Shown: in pieces, positions 48,279 through 59,425 of the stretch
Layout of the letters: every line of letters starts with the position of its first letter
Position numbering within the stretch: position 1 is the stretch's first letter
DNA from: Hamiltosporidium tvaerminnensis FI-OER-3-3
Taxonomy: Eukaryota; Fungi; Microsporidia
NCBI GenBank assembly: GCA_022605425.2
Contig: CM061246.1
Span: 1,612,001 to 1,676,000 of the forward strand
Reading direction: 5' to 3'
DNA: 64,000 nucleotides
The notes under the pieces: generated by a model
Told to the model about the DNA's origin: nothing
Database searches by the model: none
What the model saw: only the letters and a program-made list of their open reading frames with translations
Program-made: the position numbers and the translations under genes

Positions 48279-49223
48279 CTAAGTAGAGAGCTTTTCCTGC
48301 TTGCGAGCTTTCTCGAGGAGATCTTTGGAAAGTACTAACTTAGAAATTTTACATTCTATGTTTTCCTTCCAAGCGGATCTAGGTTTCTCCTTACGTGTTT
48401 CCTCGTCATAACATACCTGGGCCGCTTGGATGATTCGAGCTGCATCACTAACATTCTTAGGCACATGATATTCAGCATATTCACCTGTGATCCGATTTAT
48501 GAGTTCCAAAACTTCACTATCAACCAATTCACTTGGAAGTTTTCTAGTTCGGACCACTACATCTCCGATTTCCTTCTCCGAGAGTTCCTTGATTTTGAAC
48601 AAGAACCTTTCTCTCAGGTTCATATAGAGTGTAGTGTCAGTTAAAAAACAGGGCTCGGCGAGACAAGTGGCGATTCTACGTCGCTCTCCATTCTCTTCTT
48701 GCCTTATTTCTCTTTCTGCCTCATTATGTATTAATTTTTTTAACACATCGATATCAACAGTTCGACCAAATTTCCCATTATAGTACCTAAGAATTGCAGA
48801 CCAGCCATTTCTAGGCATTCTCTCAAACCTTTTTTGCACCGCTGACATAGCAGATCTAGGCCATTCCTGCTCTACGGCTGTGACAGAGTCAAGTATTGAA
48901 TGCAATACAATCAGTAGATTTCCTTCTGGAATGGCAGGTGCATTGAGGTTTTCCATTGTGTTGGCTGGTCCACACGCAGAAGAATCGGGACAGGAAGAAG
49001 GGAGTGCGGAATCGAGCAGGCTGATTGGAGTAGCCTGAAGCGTATTGCTCGATGGGGAGTGAGTGTTATTATAGATAGTCGGTTGTGGTGGAAGCGTCTC
49101 GGATATAGTTACTACATCTCTATCACACGTTTTTATCTCTTTAAAACCAATTTCCGAGTTGTTTACAGCATTTATTTCATCATTTTTTATATTTTCGCTG
49201 TCAACTTTTTTTCTTCTACCCAT
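48279..49223 (-). CDS. N-terminal 314-aa fragment of the element B polyprotein (ends at a premature TAG)
   Basis: MGRRKK start, homologous to the 18865-19347 ORF (MPRNGW, RIATCL, QAAQVCY). The TAG corresponds to TCG in element A. Confidence 0.8.
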   Translation of the reverse strand: MGRRKKVDSENIKNDEINAVNNSEIGFKEIKTCDRDVVTISETLPPQPTIYNNTHSPSSNTLQATPISLLDSALPSSCPDSSACGPANTMENLNAPAIPEGNLLIVLHSILDSVTAVEQEWPRSAMSAVQKRFERMPRNGWSAILRYYNGKFGRTVDIDVLKKLIHNEAEREIRQEENGERRRIATCLAEPCFLTDTTLYMNLRERFLFKIKELSEKEIGDVVVRTRKLPSELVDSEVLELINRITGEYAEYHVPKNVSDAARIIQAAQVCYDEETRKEKPRSAWKENIECKISKLVLSKDLLEKARKQEKLST

Positions 49224-49779
49224 TTTTTTTTGTTCGAATTAATATGCCTTTATATTTATCAATATAAAAATTTACATAGATTATATTAAAATATTTATTG
49301 CGATAAAGTTGGTGAGAAGAGGATAACTTCATAAAAAGCTTTCTGCTTGACAATGAGTATGTGAGATCGGTTTAAAAATTATTGATTATATTTTAGGTGG
49401 AACCAAAACTAATCAAATTTATTGTTTTTCCGTTAAATTTTTCTATCGAGGAAAGATTCTAAGAAATGATGAAAATATTACTGTAAAGTTAGTTTGTAGT
49501 TTTTTAGTAACTAGTTGTGAAACTATTGCCAACATATTGATTTTATCCCCATGCACAGGCATTTAAACCCGATTTTCATTATCATATTAGAATACTTGGT
49601 ATCTATGAAAATGCTAAAATTATATTCTTTAAAAAGTCAGGTATTTGAAGGAAAAGAATATGCCTGCTGATATTATATTGCAACGTCAATGCGAAATTAT
49701 GTAGTCGCCAAAATGTATCCCAAGTCGAATCTATTGATTTCTTTTAAGTTTAAAAAGTTAAGACCCTGCTGATTTTTTG

Positions 49780-50030
49780 GAAAGCCAAGGGTGAGCTTTT
49801 TTCACCATGCCGGCGCAGGATTGGCTTATAATATCCTCTGCTTGTCGTAATACCCGAATAAAAGGAACTAAACTTCTAATCTGGAGGTGTACGTAGGCCT
49901 TGCAACCATTCCTTTAAAACCACCATATTGCGAAACCCGAAGAAGTAAACAAACGCACAGAAAAAATACCGAGAAGATATAACCGAGGGTGGTCAAGGCT
50001 CGTACAGGGCTGTAGTGCCGATGATTATTG
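49780..50030 (+). mobile_element. RTE-like SINE (duplicate)
   Basis: Duplicate of 13640-13890. Confidence 0.6.
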
Positions 50031-51581
50031 TGATAAAAATTTTTTGTTTCGTTTCGGAGTCGAAATATTCTTGGGCATAGAAGAAATATAGCAATATTGT
50101 GTAAAAACTAAACTTCCGAGAAGTTATTGTTTAAATAAAGAAAAAAATGTCGAAAATTGCTATGCAGAAACCTCGATAAAGTCCCTCGACACGGATAATT
50201 TAACTAAAATAAATATAACTTTTACTTTCTAAGTGTTAAGAGTCACTTAACTCAAGAAATACGCGAAAAAAATTTGCGCAAACGAGTTTTAACACCAAAA
50301 AAGTAAATTTTGGCACTTTATAATGTAGCGAGGAATTTTGAATTGACTAAAAATCAAAAAGGATCACATTTACTCTGTTCGCATTACTTAACAAAAATAA
50401 GTCGGAATTGTTGAAACTGAATTACAAAAAAATATGGCTTATTTATAAATTGTTTATACCTTTTATATGGCGTAGTGATAATTCCACCTGAGCCGTTGTG
50501 ATAGTATCTCACTAGATATTATATAAAGAACTTAGATTTTTTAAATAATAGTAAGAAAGCAGGAATAATTCAGTCAGTGGTTCAAAAAAAACAGTTGTAC
50601 TTATTTATTACCGACGAATAAATTCAGAGTCATGGGTATTTGCTGATGAAAGACATGAAAATATGCAATAAATAAGCCGAAATAAACTAAAACTATATTT
50701 TATTACAAACACTTACCAATAATAAATAAGATGTTCTGGAAAGAAACACCAAAACCGATATATCATAGTTAAATTTGAAACATAATTTAAATATGAAAGA
50801 AAGTCTAAATAATACAGGAAATATAATAGGACAGCGTGAGTAAATAAAAGTCTGAAAACATTACAATATTAAACAGATTTAATTTTTATTTTAGTGATTT
50901 AAAAATATATAGACAGATTTTAGCAGGCTTAAATATATCATAGGAAGAGCTTATTTGTTTGGGTTATACAAACAAATTCAGTAGCATTTAGCTTAGATAA
51001 TTAACTATTCGACGAAATTCTCGCCTGTGTAACATTTTAATAATTTTAATCATAATTAATACAAAAATCCTCTCAAACTTCCTCTATAACTGTTAGATTT
51101 AGCGATTTATTTCGATCGAGCTTCAAGTGTCGAATAATCAGTACAACACTTTTTGTACAGGCCCTTTATTTTTACAAATTTAGCTTCTATAATTTAATCA
51201 AATCATTGGAGCACATATATTTTAAATTAAATAAGAAAGATAATCATATTGCAAATATTAAAAAAAAAATAATGATTATCATTTCCATAATATTTTGATT
51301 TCTATTTTTATTTGCATAAAGTTGACAAGATAATCCTTCATACTATATTCGCAGATGAAGTTAAACGCTTATAAACGGTTATGAATCCTGTCAATATAAA
51401 ATTAGGATTACAATAATATTTTATTAGCTCACAATATATTAGTAAAGATATTGCACATAATTTGAATGGAAAAATGTAGTCAGAAGAAATTTTTAATAGC
51501 ATCAATTTCGGTTTTTAATATTATAAGGGATCCTAAATAATATTTAAGAACACGCATATAAACATATATACGTATTTAGAA

Positions 51582-52964
51582 CTAAATCCCTGCGCTTGTT
51601 TGTTTAAAATAAAAATAATTTAACCTCCAAATCATTTTTCTTGTTATGATATCTTTAAATCGCCTAGAAGTAAGACCTGGGTTCATAAAAACTTTAGAAA
51701 CATAATGTAAAAAAAGATTGGATGTTTTTATAAATTGTATATAATTAACATATTTAGGTAATTTATCATATGAAATCATTTTTTCTAAATTATTTATGTT
51801 TTCAAGTATCCATTTTTTGAAATTATTATTAGAAATTCTCCTATCTTTTGCAAAATAATTCAAAGTGATTTCATCACAAAGTATTCTTTTATATGTTAAA
51901 GTAAGATCATAAAAAAGATTTTGTATGCTTTTATTGCTCTTATAAGACTCGACAGTAATTTGAGTTCGTATATATCTTTTGATGTCAATATCTTTATTCT
52001 CAGGTTTTTGCTTTAAAGAATCATAGTTAGAAACCATTGAAGCTAGAAGAATCATACTTTCGGTCGGTAACAAAACAAATACATCAAATAACATGCCCGG
52101 CATTCCTGAACAAATATACTCAGGCGAAAAAACTCTATCACAATGAGAATATAAAAAATATACCTTTGAAATGCTCTCAAATATTGTATATATACTTTCT
52201 TTTCCAAGTGTTATACAAATATTTTTTAGCATCCTCGATATCAAACTAAATGAATACGAAATATTGCTTTGATTTTTAAGAAATATGTATGAGAATTCAT
52301 TTTGTCCATTTCCTTCATAATCTACAAATATTAACGGTTTTAAAACATCATAATTATACTCCATAATTGCTTTTATAACCTTCAAACACCATGGAATATA
52401 TAAGACATTATTTACAAGATTTAAATCATTACATAGCGTATTTTTAATCCATATTGGTAAAATCAAAAATATTGGTTTTAAATATATCATAGGCATTCCT
52501 CTTGTTTTAAAAAGTAGCATAATATTATTCTTAAATCTTTCTAACAATTCGCTTGAAATTTTCCCCCCAAATTTACCACTATGAAAGAGCTTATTTACAG
52601 ATAATTTTATGTTTTCAGTCAAATCAAAAACATCATTAATATGACAAATTATGTCTTTCAAGAAAATATCATAATCATTCTCTAATAAAGGAAAAAAATA
52701 TTCTAATTCGTAAATTTCATCTTTTGAACAAACACGTTGTAAAATTTCGAATACAGCATACTGATTCGTTTTACAGATACAGGCGTCATAAGCATTAACA
52801 ACTTCGTATTCTAATCTTGAAGCAATATGATGTAATTTATAATTTCTGGCCAATAATTTTCGACTAAAATCAGATTTATCTTTGGTCAGGTGGATGTCCT
52901 TTGCTTTTTGCGGTTTGTATGAATCTCTTGAGGTGTCGAAAGATGTAGTTCCATGATCAAACAT
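51582..52964 (-). CDS. Hypothetical protein, 460 aa, copy 2
   Basis: Paralogue of 15442-16824 with about 20 aa differences. Upstream CCC-ATG at 53383 with the same TGA. Confidence 0.7.
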   Translation of the reverse strand: MFDHGTTSFDTSRDSYKPQKAKDIHLTKDKSDFSRKLLARNYKLHHIASRLEYEVVNAYDACICKTNQYAVFEILQRVCSKDEIYELEYFFPLLENDYDIFLKDIICHINDVFDLTENIKLSVNKLFHSGKFGGKISSELLERFKNNIMLLFKTRGMPMIYLKPIFLILPIWIKNTLCNDLNLVNNVLYIPWCLKVIKAIMEYNYDVLKPLIFVDYEGNGQNEFSYIFLKNQSNISYSFSLISRMLKNICITLGKESIYTIFESISKVYFLYSHCDRVFSPEYICSGMPGMLFDVFVLLPTESMILLASMVSNYDSLKQKPENKDIDIKRYIRTQITVESYKSNKSIQNLFYDLTLTYKRILCDEITLNYFAKDRRISNNNFKKWILENINNLEKMISYDKLPKYVNYIQFIKTSNLFLHYVSKVFMNPGLTSRRFKDIITRKMIWRLNYFYFKQTSAGI

Positions 52965-53488
52965 GCATAATTATATGCTATGTTCGTTAACCCGGTATTA
53001 TATTGAACAGCAGAGACAGGTATAATATTTGTTGGTTGTGTTTTGTTCAATAAAATATACCCAGCTATGCCAAATTCGGGATTATTACATTATAAAGCAG
53101 CATTGTAATAACACATTTGCGGCACGGGATAAAAATACATCGTATTTTTGTCAGGCTGTAAATCTTCGGGTTGAGGAAGTGTGTTCTGGATGTTGTAACC
53201 ATAATATTGCGAGTTATATGGAGTAGTGTGGCACTCATTTGATATAGGTGAGGATTCTTGTCAAGGAATTTGCTTCGGATCTAGCTGTTCGTCAGTGCTC
53301 CGTATCGTTGTGGCGCTATATATATTTGAAGATCTAATCATATCTATAATTACCATACTTCTAATGTAATTTAAGCAAATCATTGGGTAATCATTTAAAA
53401 CAATTTAAATATTATTTTTAGATAAAATATCTATTCGCCTACAATTTAATAAATTAATTTAACAAATATATCTTTTTTAATAAAAGAC

Positions 53489-54216
53489 TGGTGGAGGGAG
53501 GATAACACAATTAAAAAATTTCTGCTTTGAAATGAGTGTGTGAAACTGGTGTGAGATCATTGTTTGGATTTTTGGTGGAAATATAACCACACTACATCTT
53601 CGGTTGTTCCATGGGAGTTGTTATGAGGAGAAGAGGTCTAAGAAATGGAGAAACTTTTTCTAAAAATTTATTTGTAGTTTTTTATGTAACCAGATTGCAG
53701 ACCGCAGCTGAACATGTAGGTAATTGCCATGTAAAAGCATGGAAACCTAGCCTTGTACCCTCGGGTTAGAAGACTTAGCGCCTGGGAGATATAAAAATAA
53801 AAACCATTAAAAGCCGGGAGAGCTAAGTAACAGGTTATACCTGTTGTTATGACATTGCACTGTCTAGGTGGACCCCATGTAAGTCTCTAAAATATATCTT
53901 AGCCAGAAGTTTATTGGGTTCAGAAAGTGTAGAGTAAGTGGGAATGCTGCATAGTCTTGGAGGAGCCCAAGAGGGGGCTTCGGCCTTCGTTCACACTCCA
54001 TGCAACGGACATTAACAAACACCGGGCAACTACCTCGCCTAGTAATTAGGTTCTACACACCTTGTAAATGAAAAGCTTTGGGACTTAGGTTTCGAAGGGG
54101 TTACCGATGGAGTGTTAGGGTAGCGGTCATTTATTTTAAACCTAGAACTGCGTTAATGTCATGAAAACAAATATAACACTTGCCACTATTTTAAAAAGAT
54201 GTGATACTTTTAAATA
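53489..54216 (+). mobile_element. Structured non-coding unit, full forward copy (duplicate)
   Basis: Essentially identical to 17349-18076. Confidence 0.8.
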
Positions 54217-54284
54217 AAATGTTGTTAAAAAAATACATACTTATTAAATATTTTAAAATTATTTAATTATATAATTCTTTCTTA

Positions 54285-54556
54285 ATGCTGCATAGTCTTG
54301 GGGGAGCCCAGGGGGGGCTTCGGCCTTCGATCACACTCCATGCAACGGACATTAACAAACTCCGGGCAACTACCTCGCCTAGTAATTAGGTTCTACACAC
54401 CTTGTAGATGAAAAGCTTTGGGACTTGGGTATCGAAGGGGTTACCGATGGAGTGTTAGGGTAGCGGTCATTTATGTTAAACCTAGAACTGCGTTAATTTC
54501 ATGAAAACAAATATAACACTTGCCACTATTTTAAAAAGATGTGATACTTTTAAATA
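54285..54556 (+). mobile_element. 5'-truncated structured unit (duplicate, recombinant 3' part)
   Basis: Counterpart of 18145-18428, but its 3' alleles and downstream flank mostly match the upstream full copy. Confidence 0.75.
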
Positions 54557-54625
54557 AAATGTTGTTAAAAAAATACATACTTATTAAATATTTTAAAATT
54601 ATTAAATTATATAATTCTTTCTTAT

Positions 54626-57600
54626 ATGGGTAGAAAGAAAAATGTTAGCAGCGAAATATCAAAAAATACTAAAATAAAGGCCGAAAACGACGCTGATGAG
54701 GTGAAGAAAAGTGATAGTGGCAAACAAAAATGTGAACTACACCTACCGGCGATTTCCCTACCTTCCTTCTCCTTCACAACAATAACACATCCACTACCAA
54801 GTTAAACACGCAGTAACATGCAAAATAGTGGGCTTGACACTTTAGCTTCGCCTAATACACCCCTCCTCTTCGGTTAAAGTCTCTGCGCGCGAGCCATCGT
54901 ACGACATGACAAACCCCTGTGCTCTAGCTATTCCGGAAGGTAACAGGCTAATGGCATTGCAGACGATATTCGATTCTGTAACAGCCGACCCGAAGGAATG
55001 GCCTCGAATTGTTTTTTTAGCAGTATAGAAAAGGTTTGAAAGAATGCCAAGAAATGGCTGGACAGAGCTTCACAGGTACTATAATGAGAAATTCGGCTGC
55101 AATGAAACTCTCGAAGTGTTAAAAAAATTGGAAAAAAGTGAGATAGGAAGGGAATTAATATCAGAAGCGGATGAAGAGCAACGTAGAATCGCCACTTGCC
55201 TCACTGATACATGCACCTTGACTGACACCACTGAGTACATAAACCTGAGAGATAAATTTTTTGGTAAAATCAAAGAAATCTCGGAGAAGGAAATCGGAAA
55301 AGTAAGGGTACGAACTAGAAAACATACAAATGAATTGTTTGATAGTAAAGTTCTGGATCGTATTAATCAAGTAGTCGGTGAATATGCCAAAGCTCATGTA
55401 CTCGAGTCCATTACCGACGCGGCGCATATCATGCAAGCTGCACAGGTATGCTATAACGAGGCAGCACGTAAAGAGAAGTTTAGATTCGCTTGGAAGGAAA
55501 ACATAGAAAGTAAAAGGCTAAGTTAGTACTTTCTGTGATATTATTTATATCACAAAATATAATATTTTTATTTTATATTTTAAAATAAAAAAGAGGCGTG
55601 TGCAATCATGAACAAAATTAATAAAGACAAATTTTCTAAAAGCAATTCTTTCTTTACAACAACAAAGGAATGGTGAGAAGGAAGACGATCTCCTTGTTAT
55701 AGACGTACTTCAAACTTTGCTGCCTTTTCGGAAATAACGGCACTTTCCAAAGATCTTCTCGAGAAGGCTCGTAAGCAGGAAAAGCTCTCCACTTCGGAAA
55801 CGAAGAGCCTTAAGAAAATCATGCGAGAGTTTAATTTAAACCTGAGCAGTGTAACTGATCTTTCCGAGGCTTTAGTTAAGAAGAATGAGTCTTTGAATGT
55901 TTACGAGAAAAAAATTACGATGCATGAAAGTAGGAAGCAATTCCGAAAATAGAATCGTATATTTGAGCTTTTCCGAGGTCAATTTTATCGTTGGTTATCT
56001 GAGCGTGTGGAATCCGAGCATGTGGTTAGCCGTGATGAAATTGTGAGTTTTTGGTCTACAATGTAGAACAAAAATAATGACACAGTCACGTTTAATAATT
56101 ATTTGATTTCATTTGTATCAGATAATCATCCGACCACGTTTCCTTCACTTGATGAATTTGTAAATATCATTAATTGGCTTCCCAATTGGAAAGCTGCTGG
56201 AATTGATGGTATTTACAATTTTTTCATTAAGAAACTTACAACTCTTCACAAATATCTTTATGATATTGTGAAAGTTATATGTTTAGAAGAAACACCTCAA
56301 GCTGATTGGTTTTACTGCGGGCTTACTTATTTATACCTAAAGGAATTTCGCAAAGAGGCTCTGACTACAGGCCAATCACTTGTATGTCCAACCTCTATAA
56401 GTTAACGACAAAGTGTGCAACGAAAGTCGTTCAAATTGAAGTGGAAAGGCGAGAGTTGCTTGCAGAGAACTAATTAGGGGCGTTAAGAGGTGTGCAGGGA
56501 GCGAAAGAGCAGGCTCTACTGAATATTGCCTTAAATAAAAAGTACGGAAACAATCTTAAGGCAGCATGGATTGATGTTAAAATAGCTTCTGATTCAATAC
56601 ATCATGCCTTTTGAACTTAATGCATTGAAAACCTTAATTTACCTGATTAATACTAAAATTTATTAAGGTAATTATATCAAAATGGAAAATTGATATATCA
56701 GTAGGGCCTGAAAAAATCATGAGCAAGAAGATTGAGAGAGGGATTCGTCAAGATGATAGTTTGTCACCATTGTTATTTGTGTTGTGTATGAATCCATTAA
56801 GCCGAAAGCTTAATAAAAAATACACAAAAGTGACAGTACAAACAGATGCAGAATCCCATTCTACTAATCATTTCTTGTTTATTGATGATCTTAAGCTCTT
56901 TGCAAAAGACAGCTCCACATTGAGTGCTATGACAGACGAGGCAAAGGAATTTTTAGAGGTGATTGGGTTAGAGATTAACAAAGAGAAGTCAGCCACAAAT
57001 GATACGTGTTGTGAAGATACTGCTACTCTTCTAGAAGGTGTTAGTGTTTATAAATATTTAGGAATTATAGAAGATAGCAGAGGAATCCCAACACGTAGCT
57101 CATTTGAAGAAGTACAGAGCAAACTTATATCAAGAGTGGAAAGCATTTTCAGACTAGATTAAATGCAAAAAATCTATTTTCTGCAATCAATCAACATGCG
57201 ATATCGTTAATCAGCTATCACATAAGAGTACTTCGACTTGAACCGGCTGACTTCTCTAAGTTAGATGATGCACTGCGTGCGGTGTATGTGAAAAATAAGA
57301 TACATATTCGCCCAGGATGCAAAGAGCGTTTGTACCTTCCTAGAACAGAACTTGGAAGAGGTCTACATAGTGTGAGTTGTGAATTGAACATATGCTTCTG
57401 CAACTCTTGCATTGTCTGGAAAAAAGTAAAGAAATATCAACTAGACGAGCAGCAATCCTCAAGGTGGAGAATAATAATAAAACCCATCTTGCACTAATAA
57501 AAGGCTTCTTAAAAGTATAGTACAGGTTGGTAGAAGAAGTCACTAAGAAAATTTTAGAAGAAGCTCAACTTGCAAAACCATATAACGAATTAGAGAAACT

Positions 57601-58638
57601 AAAACTTCATTCAAAGTTATATAATGCAAGAAAAAATGAGCTTGTGAGTGTTAGTGACTCTTCAAGATGGCTAAAGAGAGGAAATATTAGGCCACGAAAT
57701 GAAGCTGTGTTCTGCTATATCCAGGATAGAAATGTATTCTGGGGAGCAGATGGTGTGTGTCAACATTGCGGGAAGTCTGGTAAGACTGTAGATCATCTAG
57801 CAATTTGATGTGAAAAAATGCTAGGCCATGACTACACCAGACGGCATAATGAAGTGGTTAGATGCCTACACTTACTTCTCTAAAATAGATATAAGTTTAA
57901 GTCCTAAAAACGAATTAGGAGTCACTCAGTTAAAGAAATTCTTGATAATGAGTATGCAGAGATAAGAGTAGACACCAGAATAAAAACTGATGTTAAAATT
58001 CGGAATAACAGACCCGACATATTTATTTTATTTTAGATAAGAAGAAGAATAAGATAACACTCATTGAAGTAGGAATCACTTCCCAAGATTCACTTTAAAT
58101 AGTTGAAACTGAAAAACTTAGAAAGTATGACCTGCTAGCCAATGAGTTGGGCCTTATTTATAGGTGTAGTGTTGAGATAATCCCTTATGTGATGACCTGG
58201 GACGGTATTGTGATAAAATACCATAAATCTCATCTTAAAAGACTAGAAATACCCATGAATGTAGAAGCATACATTCAGTCTATAGTACTTAAAAAGACAG
58301 TCGAAACTATTTCCTTTGATCGACGAAGAGGACTTGAGTCAGGACTAAATGCCGAAGAGAGCTGGGAGAGAGCGTCAATGGGTGTTATTATGAGATCAGA
58401 GATGCATGAGGAACCAATACCCCCTTTAAAAGAAGCGAAAACAGAGGAAGATGGTGCCAAAAATTTTAAACCAAAATATAAAGCCCCCTTTATTTTACAA
58501 GGAGGAACCACTTTAGAGGAACCGACCAATAACATAAATGAAGAGTCGGATTTGGAAGAAGAGACAAAAGTGGTCAAAGAGGTAGAAGAAAACATGTAAA
58601 AATGGTAAAAATATTTTAACCCAAAAATTTATTATATA
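54626..58638 (+). mobile_element. R4/Dong-like element A, copy 2, inactivated
   Basis: Same motifs as copy 1. TSD aattctttcttat at 54613-54625 and 58639-58651. Confidence 0.9.
55534..55742. mobile_element. 209-bp solo LTR-like insertion (duplicate)
   Basis: TG...CA ends with ctttc TSD. Confidence 0.75.
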
Positions 58639-59425
58639 AATTCTTTCTTATTTTAAGCTATTGCTTGGTATGGCAATAAATTGCTATCCTATTGTTTGTT
58701 TATAAATACATATAAATGTGCAGAGGTTTTAAAAAAAATGTCTTTTCTTGAAAAAATTCGATTTAATTGAAAATATACGTGATTAGGAATGTAAATAATA
58801 CCGGTACTTTTTAAATGAACAGCTAAACCATTTTTACAAAAAAATAAGTTTGGGTTTCGAATGAATGATCTCATGAATTTATAAGTGTAAAGAATATGTC
58901 TACTATGAGAACTATATAACAAGTATTATTTTCCTAATAATCGAAATAGTTTTATAAAAATTAAAGTCTACAATACCAAACATGAAATAGAAAAAAAGAT
59001 TAAATTTTGACGCGAGAATGAATTTTCGAATCTGATATAATGAGTAACAAAGGAAATGTAAAAAAATCAACTAAAATAACAGCATTTCAAGTTGAAAGAG
59101 ATATTTCTAATAATATATACGGTACTCGTAATAAATATGGTGGTTCTAAAAAAATATTCAAAAATAAATGGTATGATGTGAGTAGAACAAGATTTTTTTA
59201 TATAAAATGTAATATAGGTGTGATAATGTTAGGATATTGATTATATTCCCAAAATTACTCAAATATTAATTTTATGATAATTTTTAATACTGAAAAAATC
59301 AATATAATTAGAATTCTAGAATGGTAAAAATAATTTGTTTTTTAAAAAAAAAATCACAGAACAATCTAAGTTTTACTAATTTAGGTAAATTAGGATATAT
59401 ATGAATAAAACGGCTTTTATTACCC

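Larger units (their letters stand above)
45443..49228 (-). mobile_element. R4/Dong-like non-LTR retrotransposon (subfamily B), full length, present only in duplicate copy 2
   Basis: 15-bp TSD tttgttcgaattaat at 45428-45442 and 49229-49243, with the empty site at ~13089-13103. ORF pieces: 48279-49223 (N-terminal), 47744-47974, 46044-47693 (RT + knuckle) and 45514-45891 (RLE tail). Confidence 0.93.
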
